A DNA stretch of 64,000 nucleotides from the human T2T-CHM13v2.0 reference genome, Homo sapiens, in assembly GCF_009914755.1 (NCBI RefSeq), contig NC_060945.1; one strand, written 5' to 3'. The notes below the pieces were generated by a model that worked only from the letters and a program-made list of their open reading frames with translations, searched no databases and was not told where the DNA came from. The translations under genes were made by a program, and so were the position numbers. Of this stretch, positions 35,421-53,031 are shown piece by piece. The stretch's first letter is position 1. The number at the start of each line of letters is the position of its first letter.

Positions 35421-36659
35421 TAAAAGCAGTTTTAATGGATAGTACTAATGCTTTATAAGAGCAATTTATAGTCATATGAACCCTAATGACTACAAGTGTT
35501 AATAATGCCAATATTAATCATTAGGGAGTAAGTAAAGCAATGACAAATCCAAACACTAGGAAAGTACGAAACATTTTAAAAGTAGGGAGGTAGAAACTTG
35601 TATAGACTGCCATGAAAGAAATTATCAAAAAGACACTGTTGAGTGAAAAAATAAATTGCAGAACAGTATTTGAGGTATAGCACTATAATATAAAAACATG
35701 CAACGTCATTATATGTAGTCTATGGGCACATATAATAGGTTGACTCATAAGAAATTGCTGCTTTTCATCAGTTCAGAAATAATATTGGCAATTTCATATG
35801 GATCAACCTAATATATAAATATACCAAACTGGTAACAGGGAAATAAGGAGGACTGAGGAGTTAGTAATGGTAAATTCTGATCTACCTATAACGCTTTAAT
35901 TCTTTTAATAGAGAAAATGTATTGATGTGTTATATGCATAGCATTAACAAAATTAGCTTTCTAAGATTTTAGAGAATCATCCAAGATGATTCACAGAAGT
36001 AGAATCATCATCATCAGTAAGAAATTAAGTGACTACTAAAAGTAATCATTAATTCAGTCATAGGACTAATGATGCATTGACAAGACTATTGAGATATATA
36101 ATTATGGAAATGGCTAAAATAGAGATAAAGTATCTATTTCTACCTCCCAACCACTTACAGAAAATTCAACACATTATACACACTGAGCAGCTCAAAGAAA
36201 TTGTAAAGATCCATTATTATTTTTAAAAGGAAATTTAACCAGTGAATGCTTTCACTGAAAATGATAAAAAATATATTCCCAGTATAAACCAGAAATAAAG
36301 TCTGCAGTAGAAAACTACAATGTCCCTAGATTCAAGTGGGGGTGGGGAGTCATATTTAAATAATAAGTGCAGAAAAACCAAAATATTTTAAAATAATTGT
36401 CCATGCAAGAAAGAAAACAGTATCATCTAGCTTGAAGACCCACTGTTTTTATTTTATAATTTATTTCATGACCTTTAGACTGCTAGAAAAATAAAACCTA
36501 ACTTGAGGGCAAAGGTAGAGAAAATATGTGCTATTGTTGCCTGCATAGATAATAGTGTGATTTATCCAGAAGGTGATAGAAATATCATTTTCCTAGACCA
36601 CAGATATAAGCCAAGGAGAACAGAAAGCTCTGACCTAAACTTCACAAGTGTCCCTTCCA

Positions 36660-38540
<1,881 letters not shown>

Positions 38541-39055
38541 TTTAAAATTTTTCTTTTTGAAAAAAGGACGAGAATCTAAGTTTCCTTATTCCTGGTTTAG
38601 TGGTAAACTTGAACAATTTCACCTGTCTCCTATACTTAAAATGACATTTCAGAATTTTAAAAACAGGATTTTAATAAAATAGCGAAGTTATTACATAAAA
38701 TATTTGCTAGTAGTTAGCAAATGTATTTGTAATACACATACAAATAAAGCTTCATAACATGATAGCAAATATCTATCAATCTTAAAATTTTTTAAATAAA
38801 AGAGCAACTATATTACATAATGACTTTTTAGAGAGGGTTGGCATAGAAAGATAAGGAGTCAAAGAGGAAGGTAAGAAAAGAGAAAGGATGAGAAAGTAAA
38901 TATACAAGAAAATGTAACCAGAGGCTCAAAAAAAAGTAGGACAGTAAAATAAACATTTTGACCTATTTATATGACTCATCAAAATAACTTGCTATGAGAT
39001 TTTCATCATTAACTGACATTTAGATTAGAGAAAATATACATGAAGCAAGCCTCAC

Positions 39056-39172
39056 CCCAGGCAATACAACAGCTCCGATTCCACTTTTCAGCTTTGACCT
39101 GCCTCGGCCACCTCGCCCCGACAGTCCTGCACCTCGAGGTCTCCGCTTTCTTGGAAATCCAGACCCATGGCC
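39056..39172 (-). pseudogene. KMT2CP: KMT2C exon 16 copy (RG-rich), 117 bp
   Basis: GHGSGFPRKRRPRGAGLSGRGGRGRSKLKSGIGAVVLPG; AG and GTGAG intact. Confidence 0.95.
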
Positions 39173-40658
39173 CTATGTAACAGATTAGGAAAAGTCAACA
39201 TTCTGTGACAGCCCAAAATAATTTTTAAATCCAAATGCCACTGAGATAAAACATTTTATTAAATGTTATACAAACACTTCTTTAGATAAGTATTAAAAGA
39301 CCTGGCTTATTATTTTTATCTTTAAAAGTATACTCCACAACTTAAAAATCTAAATATAAAATGCTTACAACCTTAGAATCATACTTTAGGCCTGTCACTG
39401 TGAACGCTATCAGCAAGACTTTGCATGATTTTTCTCTTTCCCACTCCTACATTCTCGGTGACGACAACAACTGTAGCCTGATCCAGATATTTCGAAGTGC
39501 AACAAATTGTATTCAATATAGAGTAAGGATAAGGAAAAACTCTCTCATTAACTGGTCTCACGGTGATTACAGTAATAGCTAACATCTATTGAGTACTTAC
39601 TATGTACTAATCTAAGTATTTTTTACTCTCATCCATCCCATATAGTAGGTTTTATTATCCTCATTTGAGATGAGTGTGCTGAGGAATAAAATGGTTAAGT
39701 AACTTGTCCAAGGTCACTTAGCTAGCAAGCCTGGCTCCAGCGTCCCTGGGTTGGAAGCATATTCTGTACTGCTACATCAGCATGAAAGTTCATTTTTGCT
39801 AGTGTGTGACAGTATTCTTCCTGTCATTAGAATTAAGTCAGTTTCCTTCACTATTCAACAGTTCTCTTATGAACTCAACATTTCTACCTCATTCACCGTT
39901 GTATTTAGAGGAAAATTTATTATTATTGTTATTACTTTTATTTTTGAGACAAGAACTTGATCTGTCTCTCAGGTTGGACTGCAGTGGTGTGATCACAGCT
40001 CACTGCAGCCTAGAACTCTTGGGCTCAAGTGATCCTCCTGCTTCTGCCTCCCAAAGTGCCAGGATTACGGGAGTAAGCCAAAGCATCCAGCCAGGAAAAA
40101 TTATTTGAGGATTACAGGAAAGCTGACAAAAGGCTTTGTGAAAGCTTTGCTTTAAATAATCTGAATAATAAATACTTGAAATGGAAATAATTTATCTGAC
40201 TTCTTACACAAGAAATAAACCTATGGGAAAATGTGTTAAATTCCCTGATAATTTCAGACATTAAGTACCAGAGTATGGTGTTCCCTGCCCCCTCACCCTT
40301 GTTTGTACTAATTAATTACTCCTTGAAAAAACCTGGCACCTACCTAAGTAGTTGAATTATGTATATTTAAAATTATCCAGATGCTCAGGAAAATACTTAG
40401 GTGTTTCCCTCACCATAAGTTAAATAATATGTCATATCTTCAACTGATGTCCCTTATCATAGTTTGAAATGAACTTATTCCCTATTTAGCAGAATGGTTT
40501 CCAAGTCAAAAATTTATGGTGATACTGTAAACATAAAATAGATACACATGAACAAAAGGAATGGGAGGAATGGCTTTTCTCCCTTTGGATGTAATAAATA
40601 CAGCCAGCTCCCAGTTTCAAACTGCCACTCCTGTCTTCTCTTACCCTGCTCTCCTTGA

Positions 40659-41027
<369 letters not shown>

Positions 41028-41930
41028 AGTTTGTTTTGTTATTAAATTGGTATAAAAGATTTTTGAAAAATTAAGTCAGTGATTAAAAATCAAGACTACA
41101 GTAGTCTCTCAATTTATCTTCTCCAACATGAAATGCTGACCCAGAAAAAAATTAAGTAAAAACTGGTGGTCTATATTATCAAACTGTCAAATGAGGCATA
41201 TTTATACTTCAATATCTTGGATGATATCAGGGGGAGGTAGGGAGGTTAAAAAAATAGTTCTTCCAGTCATGAAAGAAAATAAAGTATAATCTAGAATTCC
41301 TTAAAATCGTTCATGAGTCTAAATTAAACAGCCATATTCCAGAATATTAAATATAGAATATGAAGAAGAACTGTCATCTCCGGTCAATGAAGTATTTTAA
41401 CTTTTGAGTTAATACTTTTTCAAAGTAATTTTTTTTCTCTTCAAAATGCATCACACTACTTAACTCACTTCAAGGACTGGCAGAGCCATCAACCAATGTC
41501 ATGGGGGAAAAAGCCTTGTCATTTTAAGGTATTAAACAGACAATGAAATCTGCCACAATTTTGGTATTTCTTGTCCATGAGAACATAATAAATTAATGGA
41601 GTTTTTTCTTTTGCTTTTTTCTAAGCAACAAAGTTTTATGTATCATGAATGAAAAGATCCTTAATTACATTTTGGTCTACATGTCAAGGACTTCTCCCTC
41701 ATAAAACCAGTAGTAATCACAACAAAAGGAATTAACCATAAAAAGAGGTATTAAAAATGTATACTTGATTTTTAAATGCAAGCATATTATTTCTTTACAT
41801 TAAAATTTTTAGATTTAAAAAGTGTTTCTGGAAGCTCAATCTAGAAAAGAAAGATTTAATTCTTAACATCCAGTAGGGCAAAACAAATCAGACAGAAGTG
41901 ATATATGAATGTAAATGTAATTTTATGTAC

Positions 41931-42050
41931 CACTTTGATGCTCCAAATGGCACTGCCAGGAAGCTGCCTGGGTTTAAAAATTTCCCGACCTCCTGAAATG
42001 TCTGGGGACCACGAGGGTGGGCTCACTGTATTATGGGTACTCCAAGCCTC
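41931..42050 (-). pseudogene. KMT2CP: KMT2C exon 15 copy, 120 bp
   Basis: EAWSTHNTVSPPSWSPDISGGREIFKPRQLPGSAIWSIKV; AG/GT intact, phase 0-0. Confidence 0.95.
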
Positions 42051-43299
42051 CTAAGATATGGCAGTTGAGAAAATAGATGTGTAAAACTCAGCAACATAAA
42101 AGGTCAAAGCCAGCAACTAAGGAATTTTAGGACAGCAAAAACAAATGCAAACGTATGGAAATTTAGGACAAATTGCTTCAAGGAAGGTAAAATAAGCTAA
42201 TCACTAACAGTGATTTAAACATTTAACTATAACAAATAACTTAAATGTTTGCTGCTACAGAGACATCACTACAATGAAACATTAAAAATTAAGGTTTATG
42301 TGACATCAACATTGACTCATGAACTGCAATTACTGCACCAAAAAGTAAATAAAAGTCAATCACACTTTAAGAATTAACACTAGAAGAAAGTATTGGGGGG
42401 TTATTTTTCTTCTAACAACTATCACTCTACTTAAAAGGAGAAATGGATAACCATAAGGAATTCTATATTCTATAGCTATAAACAACCAAAACCAGTAGGC
42501 CAAAGAATGCAATGAGAAACATAAGCAATCGATAAATGCATAAACTTTAAACTGTAGAGAGCTGGTAACATTAAAATGCAAATACCATTATAATCTTAGC
42601 ATTTAATCACTCTTTCTTCAGTGACCATTAGTTGTCGGTTTGGTTTTGGTTTTTATTTAGGGAAATGAATACTCTATGGAAATTACATCCAATGGACAAA
42701 AGTGAAGAAACGTTAAAGCAAATTGTCCTAAATTTGCAAATTAAAATGCCTAAAGTGCCTGATAAATTATATAGAAAGTAGTATCTTATTAAAATCTATA
42801 TAACTGAAACTAAAGCATTTTACTTCTGAACAACCACATTCAGCAATACCCTGAACTAATCTGAAGATGTTAAACAGCATAAAGAAAAATGTTTACTCCA
42901 CAAAGATAACATTTTAAAGAAAAACAAGACAAATGTCAAACAATAAAAGAATATATTTTGAATTAGGTAATTCAATGGTGCATGCATAATTTTACCAATC
43001 AAGTAACCAAAACTTAAGGTACATAGTACTTACCAGGTTTCTAGAATATCATCAAATTAACAAGTACTATCTCATTAATCACATAAAAATACCACCAGGA
43101 ATTAAAATAACCAGAAATAAGAATGTGACTACTCTTGGGGTAAGAGATAGGTAATGGAATAACAGTATTTTGAGAAAAGCCACACAAGCAATAGCCTGGT
43201 TTCATTTTTAAGTCACTAACTCAACCCACACACATTGAAGTCCAGCAATCCAATTCATTCTCTCCAGCAAACACTTAATTTTTTCCCTTCCAGGATTAC

Positions 43300-44820
43300 C
43301 CTCAGGTGTTCTTTCTTACCCATCAAATCTCTAACCTAGCTCAGGTAATCACTATGCTGATTTCACTGAGCAGCAACCACTGCAGGTCAGTTACCTCACT
43401 TTCATAATTTCCAATCAACTTGAATCTGTACCTATGTCTTCTTCCCTACTATTAGTAGGGAGGTGTTGTCAAAAGCCATTTCTCTTTTCTCATTTTACTC
43501 ATGCTCCTGACATCTGGCATACGGTTCTGCTGGATTTGGCAGCAGTCCACCTGTGGATATTTCACTGCCTTCCTCGCTAATCTTTCTTCATCTCCTGTAC
43601 GTGTTCTTCCTCTATTTGACTTCCAAAGCCCTGGAGTTTCCCAGGGCTTGAGCCTAGATCCTAAATGGTGTTATCTACAATGAGGGCATCTTGGAAGTTG
43701 ATGCTTCCCACATTCTTATTTCTGGCTTTAATCAAAGATCTCCAAATTAGCAGGATTTTCAACTTCCTTCTTAGCATTTCCATTTTCTCACACAAAACCC
43801 TTCTTAAGTTTGCCATGTTTAAAATTTCTCCCTTAACTGGTTTCATCCCAGTCTTCCCCATCCTTATAAATGGCATCCAGTCCCTTGTCACTCTCCTCTG
43901 CTCCTTCAGGCCTCTCCCCCAACACTTCATCAATGCAAATCATCAGCAAATTCAAGACTTTTTATCTTCAAGTTTTGTCTCCAATCCTTCTACTTCTTGT
44001 CACTTCCACCACTAGTAGCACACTCGTGGCCACCACCATCTCTCACCTAACCTGCTACAAGAGTCTACTGCTGGTTATGCTTCTCCCACCCTGCATCTAC
44101 TCAAACCTTTCCCCACAGCAGCCAGAGGAACTTTTCAAAAGTACAAATGTGATCAAGCAAGTCACTATTCTATTTCAAACCTTCAATTGCTTCTCAGAGC
44201 ACTTAAAATACAAACCTTTCCCAGTGCTTTTCTCCAACTCATCTTGTGGCACTTGTCTCCCTGCTGCTATGCTCCAGCTATTCTGGCTTCCTTGCTGTCC
44301 TTCAAACATGCCAAGCTCTGTATCAATCAGAGCCCAGCTGACTCAGAACACTTCACTATACCATTCTGGCCCTTCAATAAATGTCTGGCATTTTCTTTCT
44401 TTCTTTATTTTTTGAGATGGAGTCTCACTCTGTCACCCAGGCTAGAGTGTGGTGGTGTGATCTCGGCTCACTGCAACCTCTACCTCCCAGGTTCAAGCAA
44501 TTCTCCTTCCTCAAGCCTCCTGAGTAGCTGGGATTACAGGCATGCACCACCAGGCCCGGCTAATTTTTGTATTTTAGGAGCAATAACATGTTGGTCAGGC
44601 TGGTCTCAAACACCTGACCTTGTGATCCACCAGGCTTGGCATCCCAAAGTGCTGGGATTACAGATGTGATCCACCACGGCCAGCCATGTCTGGCGTTTTC
44701 TAACCCTTCAGGTATGGCCTTACATATTTTCTCATCAGGAGACCTTTCCTTAGTGCTCCCAGTGAACCATCATCTCTCTTACCACACCATTAGTGCCTCT
44801 CACTGCATCACCACCTAGGA
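43300..44820. mobile_element. Degraded L2 region with an inserted antisense Alu (44400-44686)
   Basis: CT-rich L2-like motifs (CCACAGCAGCCAGAGG, CCTTCAAACATGCCAAGC). Confidence 0.6.
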
Positions 44821-46692
44821 CGTTTTATTGTTTGTAATTTTATTTAGTGGTAGGCAGTGGGGCAAGAGATACCTAAATTACTTCTCTCAATATTTCCATT
44901 GGTTTTTCTCTGAGATTTGGCTAACATACATCTTAAATTCTTTTTAGTCAATAGTTTAATATTATGTTGGCAGTAGACAGTTCTAAAAAATATGAGACAG
45001 AAAGTCATACTCTAAGATAAAAATAATGTTGAATAATTTTATTTCAGAAATAAGAATTTTCTGGTAATTATGTATTATTCATCATAATTTAAAAGTTAGC
45101 TTTGATGCCAAAATTTTATCTCACTTTGAAAAGACAGACTTTGTGTAATTTTATAGTTCTGAAGAAAAATTATCATTATACTTAGATATTCTGACAAATT
45201 ATCTAGTATATTCCTTAGACCTTAAAACTAAAATATAGCTATAATTATCAAAGTTTAAATTATCCTTCAGATCTTAGCTTTGATCAAGAATTTACACAAA
45301 CCATTCAGAAAAGGTTACCTGCCCCTGTAATGTATGGGCTCTTCTCCTACAATCCAGTTGCAGCACTTTTTACACTGTAATTAAAGATCATGCCCCTTTC
45401 TGTCCACTGCTACGTTAAGCACCCTGTTCAGCACTTACTGAACTTTTTTTCTGCTGAGCATCTATTATCTTTTTTTGCATGTGTGTATGAATTCATCAAT
45501 AAACAATGAGCTATGATATGAAACACACTAATGCCTCCACCAGTAATAACCTAGAATCTTGAATTTCTTCACTTAAAAAAAAGTTACTAAAAATTACTAA
45601 AAAATCTATATAATGCCTCCTTAATCTACAAACTGAATTAAAAGCAAAATAGTTCCTAATGTAATCATTATTAAGTTGTAAATAGAATCAACTTGCTATC
45701 AAATACTACAGAAACTAAAAAAACACTACCTGGCAGGGACTGAATTTGAACCTAAGAAAAATAATTTAACCCAAAAATAGTTTAATATTAGCATTAAGTT
45801 TCTTTCTGCTTTGAGGCCAATTTCTCAGGTAAACTGTCCAAGCTAGTAAATTATACAAGGACTGTGGGATGGGGAAATGAGAACAATAATGACAAGTGGA
45901 GGATAGGCTATTTAGAAGCAACTTTCTATTAAAAGTCAAATTCTATTGCTGATTGTTAAATACGATCAAAGTCATTCTTACAGCCCAAGAGTACTATCAG
46001 TTTTAAAAGCAGCCATAGAAGGTTTGGTGTCTCAAAGGCAAACTTTACGCCTCCAAATCTTAAATCAACCCCGGCCCCACACTCTTCCAACATACTATGT
46101 AAAACCAAGGTTGCTTATAAACAGTAAGTCTAATTTGCGAAAAGTGAAAGCAATGAAGACAGAGGGCAGAAAGGAAGATAACTGGTAAAAGAAACAAAAG
46201 AGTTTACAGTTTGTCTTTTTGGTAAATACAATCACTTGTATACACTGGAGTTACAGCAGCCAACACTTCACTCTTTAGGGAATTATTAAAAGAAGTCTCA
46301 TATATAAAATTGAGTTCAATATCAAGTAGAACAAGAAATTAGACCCAATCCTGTTTTGATAACTACAGGAACAGTTATTATCAGCTTTAGCCTTCAATAA
46401 TTTCACAATACAAATTAGGTAGTGCTAGCAACAGTAATGTCTCCAAAAATACCACAACAAGCACAAGTGAACTAAAAGCAAAGTCTGGTACTTCTAATCT
46501 GCTGTGTTGTTAGCTTGGTGTTCCAAAGGGGTAGGTATTTTTTAGGTTTAACACTATGGTTCTCTGGCTACTTTTAAAACTGAAAGTACTCTTCTTATAA
46601 TATAAAGTAAACTTCTAATAATTTGTCCAAGAGATATCAAAATACAGTACCTATGTTTCCATTTATGAAATTTTCTTGAAATATTTACTGCA

Positions 46693-47000
46693 GGCTGGGC
46701 GTGGTGGCTCACCCCTGTAATCCCAGCACTTAGGGAGGACAAGGCGGGTGGATCACCTGAGGTCAGGATTTCAAGACCAGCCTAACCAATATGGCGAAAC
46801 ACCATCTCTACTAAAAATATAAAAAAAATTAGCCAGGTGTGTTGACGTGCGCCTGTAGTCCCCGCTACTCAGGAAGCTGAGACAGGAGAACTGCTTGAGC
46901 CAGGCAGGCAGAGGCTGCAGTGAGCGAGGTCGTGCCACAACTCCAGCCTGGGTGACAGAGCAAGACTCAATCTCAAAGAAATAAATAAAAATAAAATAAA
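46693..47000 (+). mobile_element. AluS
   Basis: Alu consensus with (TAAAA)n tail. Confidence 0.9.
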
Positions 47001-50000
47001 GAAATATCTACTGCAAATAATACGTTTCATAAAATGCTTAATAAAAACTTTCAATACCACCATGAAAGCAATTAGAACATGAGGGTGTCTGAAGTAGATC
47101 ATAGTAGTGTGATTACATTCAATATCTTTCTATAAGACGTGATGATACATACAGGGTAAATCATACAAGAAGACCTAAGATTATTATCTCAGAATTTCCT
47201 AATTAGAATGGGAATACAATTGTGCAATGAGAGAAATGGACTGAAGACAGAAATAAAAACAAATGTTATGATTTAATATGACAAATTTAAAATTTCCACT
47301 TTATTTTCCACCATTTTTAAAGAGCATTCCTTATAGTATTAATTTTAATGCATTTTTAAAAATCAGTAAGACAAGTAGCACATTTCTCTAGTTCAGGACT
47401 CCACTTTCAGGGTTACAGTTAAAGATGATCCTAGAAGTGCATTTTAATTGGTCTAGGGTAGGGTCATTAGCTTGATGTTCTAAAATCTACTGAGTTGATT
47501 ACAATATGTGTCAGTGTCAATAACCACTTTCTTAAACCCAAGTTGCAAAGCACATATACCTATAGAAATGTTGAAAATGGGCCAGGCGCTGTGGGGCTCA
47601 CACCTGTAATCCCAGCACTCTGGGAGACCCGAGATGGGAGGATCTCCTGAGGCCAGGACTTTGTAACCAGCCTGGTCTACACAGCAAGACCCCCATCTCT
47701 ATAAAAAAATAAAAAATATTTTTAAATGCTGAAAAATGAAATACTAAATTATTTATGAATATATAACTTCAATAAAAGATGAGAAAATACAACTAGGTCA
47801 TTAGGACAATTTGTATGAAACAATATCCAATTTGCTGTCTGTTACTTCTACCTTATCATGTCTAATTTTTCCTCATCTTTGTGAAATCCTGCATCTATTG
47901 TAATAGGCAAAAAAAACAAAAAACAAAAGGAATCTTATTCTATTCACAGCCATCAGAAAAATGTGTTACTATTCCTGTAGTCAGGTTCTAAATCATACAT
48001 TTGAGATATATCTCAAACATGTCATAAAGAAAATAAGCATCATATTTCTAACTAAATAACACCTGAAATATTCCATATGAAAGGAAAAATACGAAAAACT
48101 AAACTTTTAATTACTAACCTCCTTAAAGGAACATAATTCTATATGATTTGATATTTCATAATGGATGTCCAATACCTGAGATATAAATTCCATTTTCTGT
48201 GTCCTAACATCTCACCTTCAGAAAATCTCCAATATTGGGTTATTTGGATTATATATTTAAAACTGAATATACTTGAAGATGTGAATGATTTGTTGCCACA
48301 ACAAATGGTTTACAATTATCTGCATTAAAATGTGTTCCATGAACAACAGAAAAAGAATATTTCTACTTCAGTCCTTAAAAATTGTGAAAGCACACCCACA
48401 GTCTTAGTTTGTCGATCTTGAATTCTTTTGGTATTTTAATTTCACCAATAATTCTGGAACTGCTGTTTTTGTATTTCTCAAAATGTTTTGTCTTGCATCG
48501 TGCAATAAGGCAGCCACCATCATATGTGACCACCGAGCACTTCTAATGCAGCTAGCCAGAACTGATGTTTTAAGTATAAAGCATCTTGTTCATTTTTATA
48601 CTAAATGCTGAAATATTGTTTTGAATATACCAGGTTAAATAAAATACATTAAAATTTATTTCACCTTTTTTTAAGTGTAACTACTAGAAAATTTAAAATT
48701 ACACATATGGTCTGCATCATATTTCTATTAGACAGCACTGGCTCACCGTTCTACTGGTTGGCTAGCTTGTACCTCCAGATAACATCTGATAATCCAATCA
48801 CTAGCTATCACAAACTAGATCTTTCAGATGTTTCCTATTAAAATGTTCGTTTAAATTTGAAGTGAATTCCTAGAAAAGCTCATATAATACTATTATAGAA
48901 AATCATTAAAATCAACTTAATAATTTGCCCACCATGAAACAGAACTTAAAGTAAATCTACATTTCTTTGGTTAGTATTTACTGTACTGGTAAAGACCAAA
49001 GAATTGGTAATGTTCAACAAAATATGAAAATGCCAGTGACTTTAACAAAAAAATAGCTGGAAACCAAAGAATCTTGCTTACATCACAATCACAGCTAGGA
49101 AAATGCAGCTTATTTTACCGCCAGTCCCCGATGTGAAGAATATGTAGAAGCAACAGTAAATAAAAAAAGCAGTATAATACAGAAATGCCTAATATCAAAG
49201 AAATTCATGTAACAGAATACTGAACTTCAGTATTTCTAATATACGTATATACACATTCCTGCTAACTGTAGAATATTTCCTGCAAGTTATGGTCCCTGTG
49301 CCTCACCAATGGAAGATCTATCTTGTACTATTCAATTCATACTCTCCCTAATAACAGCACTATATTAGCAGGTTCATCATCAAGTGAAGGCTGTTTGCTA
49401 GATAACTAAAACCAAGATTGGAAAACTAAAAAGCTGGAGGGAGGGAAAACACAGCCTACAAAATGCTTACAAGATTAGCAGAAAATGATGAAGTAGTAAC
49501 AAGAGGGGCAGAAAAATAGAAAGATTATCATCGGATTTGGGAATTCAAAGGCAGCTCAGCAAAATACTAGGACATGGCTCATATAAGATGGAATAAGCCT
49601 GGAAATACACCCCCCTCCCCAATATTTCAGAACATAAAGTCTACAGAAAGAGAGTCCTAATGTATTGAACCTGGTTTCTCAACTGAAACAAAAGTCTCCA
49701 AGGAAGGAGAGATACGTAAAATTTAACAGGAATACATATGAAGCAGTATCTTTAAAGAATGTAAATATATCAACCAAAAGTAAACTTGAGATTCAAATTT
49801 CCATTGCTAAAGTCTTTTCAGAGTCAGAATGACATAATTATTATATAACTATTCAAAACAAAACAAAAAATACTTACTGGAAAAAAGAACAACTGGTTTG
49901 AGAAGAAAATCTTTTCATGGTAGAGCAGAAATAACTGTCAAGGAAAATACTTAGAAAAAGGCATATATAAAGAGTGGCCTAGTTTTACTGCACACGTCTT

Positions 50001-51061
50001 TGCCATGCAGAAACAGCTAAATCCCATCTGACAACTACTTTCCCTTTCGTGTACCTTGTCTTTAGAGAATAAAATATATCTGGGTTTGATATAGAGGAGA
50101 CTAATTTTCACATTAAAAATGATTTTCTTAAAAGCCTGGCCTTACAGTTTAAAAATTATACGATTAAAATCAAGATATTATTCCTATAAAAAGCCAAACT
50201 TTAATCCATTTAAATCATGAAACTTAAAACTTCACTTGAAGCAATTTCAATCATGAAACTTAAAACTCCAAATTACTATTGTGAATTAACACTTCTCCAC
50301 TATTTATCTTGCAATTTTAAAAAAAACACTTCAGAAAGTAGCAAATTTGTAAAACAATAAATAATTCATACCTATAGTATCCTCATTTTGCCATGCAGTT
50401 TTACTTAAATCTCACTTAGAAATGGAACTCATTCTTAAAGGGTAGAATGCACATGATGTAAAGCAGACACAGGAAGATTTATCTTTACTTACTGAAAATC
50501 AATAGTACAATTCTAAGATTTTTTCCATGAAACTACTGAAATAAGTCCTACTTGAAAAAAGAAATCCCACAAGAGTTAGCAATTAATAAAAACACCAAAA
50601 TGAGAAATTCCCCAGCATGGAAAATTCCTGTCATAAATGTTGATGTTTATCCAGTTAAAAATATATACAATAAATAATATCAATAAATATATTAGAAGGA
50701 AATAATAGATGTTAGTTACTGTATACCCAAAACTATACTGTATTTTAGGCTCTATATTTACTGCAGCACAGAACTAAAAGAATTTTTAAAGTTCTTTCTA
50801 TTAGAAACTATTATCCATAGTTTGCATCTTTATGGCCCAGCTGAGTTGAAATTCCAAATAAGATCCCTTCAAATTTAATAAATGGCATTCTTCATTAACA
50901 GCATTTAAAAAATAATGGCTGAAACACATAATCAACATTACACTGAAGTTCTATCTGAAGACAGAAAAAGTTGCCATCCACACCAAAGCTACACATATAC
51001 CTTCTGATTTTATAGAATTGTTCCAATATCTTTTCTGTCAATATCATTAAAATCACCCTAC

Positions 51062-51781
51062 CTGTTTGGACCGAGGTCTACCAGGAGAAAATTTTCTCTT
51101 AGTAATAGCTGGTTTACCCATGCCAGTTTTTTGGAGTGACTGAGATGTAAGTTGTTGGCATGATGTTTCCAGCAGAGGAACTAAGAGCTGAAGGGTAATT
51201 ACGCAGCATGTCATGCGAAGGCAAGTCTGAAGAAGGTGTTGGGGAGGAAGACACATCTGCCTTGCTTATGTCTGCTGATAATGAAAATGATGACTCTGTC
51301 TCAGATGATAACTTTATAGATTTGCCTCCTTGGTATGAAACATCTTTCACACAACCCTCAATTGTAGGAGTCATTTCAGAGTCCATCAATCCAGTAGAAA
51401 GTTCAGAATCTTCTTTCTGTTCCTTTTCTCCTTGTAGCCTTTCTATAACCAACTGTTCCTCAGGACATAATGAAGTGCTTTCCTCATGTGGGGACACTAA
51501 GGTTTCTAGTGGAAGAGTGACAGATTCAATGACAAATTTTGGAGGCCTTGATTCTTCTTTGGATACCACTGTTTTAGGTTCCTCTAACAACTGCAGTTGC
51601 TCTTGCTGCACAGTGATCTGGTGTGTAACGACTTCAATGTTTTCTGTCACTTCCATTTTATCTTCAATTTGATCTTCGCCACAAATATGCTTCACTTCAG
51701 AAGACATTTTCATTTCTTCACTATCAGCCTCATTAGAAATCTGTTTTTCCAATTCGGTATTCACTGTATGTTGGGATGATA
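51062..51781 (-). pseudogene. KMT2CP: KMT2C exon 14 copy, 720 bp; acceptor AG->AA and +1 frameshift
   Basis: SSQHTVNTELEKQISNE...TYISVTPK is followed by a frameshift to NWHG*, while GMGKPAITKRKFSPGRPRSKQ continues in another frame. The acceptor reads ttttgtAA|TATCATCC. Confidence 0.95.
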
Positions 51782-52544
51782 TTACAAAATTCAGAACATT
51801 TGTTATGGTAATGTACAAACAAATTTTAAATTTTCTAACTATAGATATATAAAACATTTGGCTACACTAGAACTTAAATCAGAAGGTATTCATCAAAGCA
51901 GACAATTATTAAGTGAATGAAAGCCAAAGTACACAAGGATTTATGGATTAGAATCAGCCATACACCAGAAAACCTAATGAAAACATGTTTTACAACACAA
52001 GTACTTCCAAATGGATTGAAAATTACACAGGAAAAGTTCTCATACTCATTTTTTAGTTAAGAAAATGAGGATCAATCATGTTATGTGAGGTACCTAAGTT
52101 AAAAAGTAAAGACTGATCTAGAATGTGTAGGCATTTTCTAATAGTAGATACCCAGATGCGACAAAGTTACTATAGACTCAAAAGCACAGACAGAAAAGAT
52201 TTGCTAACCACCAATATTTATTTTGCTTAACCATACCTGCCAACCTAGCCAAAATATTCTTTGGATATAATCGTTGTTCTTCATCATTGTCTGTAAATTA
52301 AAAGACTAATCTCAGGAAATCTATAAACTTAGATATCAGAAACATAGTCACCGGTAAATTTTAAATCAGGATACCAGTATGTTAAACCTTTAACTCAATC
52401 TCATCAAGGTAATTTTTAAGTTATAGTAAAAAGACACTGCTAGCCTCATTTACCAATCAGTGACTAAAATTTATCTATTTATCTATGTTCTTTTTTTTTT
52501 TTGAAACAGGATCTCACTCTGTGACCCAAGCTGGAGTGCAGTAG

Positions 52545-52730
<186 letters not shown>

Positions 52731-53031
52731 TGAAATCTCATCTTCTTTCCCACTTTATTGAAAGACTACAGGTAAGGATAAAAGAAAACTACCAAATAAC
52801 AGATCTGATAGTACAAAATATTTTTAATCATGACATCCCCCCTCCAAAAAAAAAGCCTTTCAAGAGAAACTAACCTACTTTAGATCCATTGTCAATTCTT
52901 TTCCAGAATCTCTTAACTAAAAGATTTAGTTACTGTAATGTATATACATACAGCAATTGCAAAAATGTCTTTGGGATAAAGACATTATCTTATAACTCAG
53001 TCAAATCAGACAATATGAACATACTGCTTAC

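Noticed and set aside
43665-44669. 116-181-aa ORFs
   Set aside because: They lie in degraded L2 and Alu sequence
50212-50268. ~19-bp direct repeat AATCATGAAACTTAAAACT, and similar small duplications at ~52708 and ~35321
   Set aside because: Ordinary slippage duplications with no evidence of function
51208-51672. 154-aa plus-strand ORF
   Set aside because: Antisense shadow of exon 14
51114-51857. 247-aa ORF as a standalone CDS
   Set aside because: It is pseudo-exon 14 extended into the intron only because the acceptor TAG/TAA is out of frame; there is no promoter evidence
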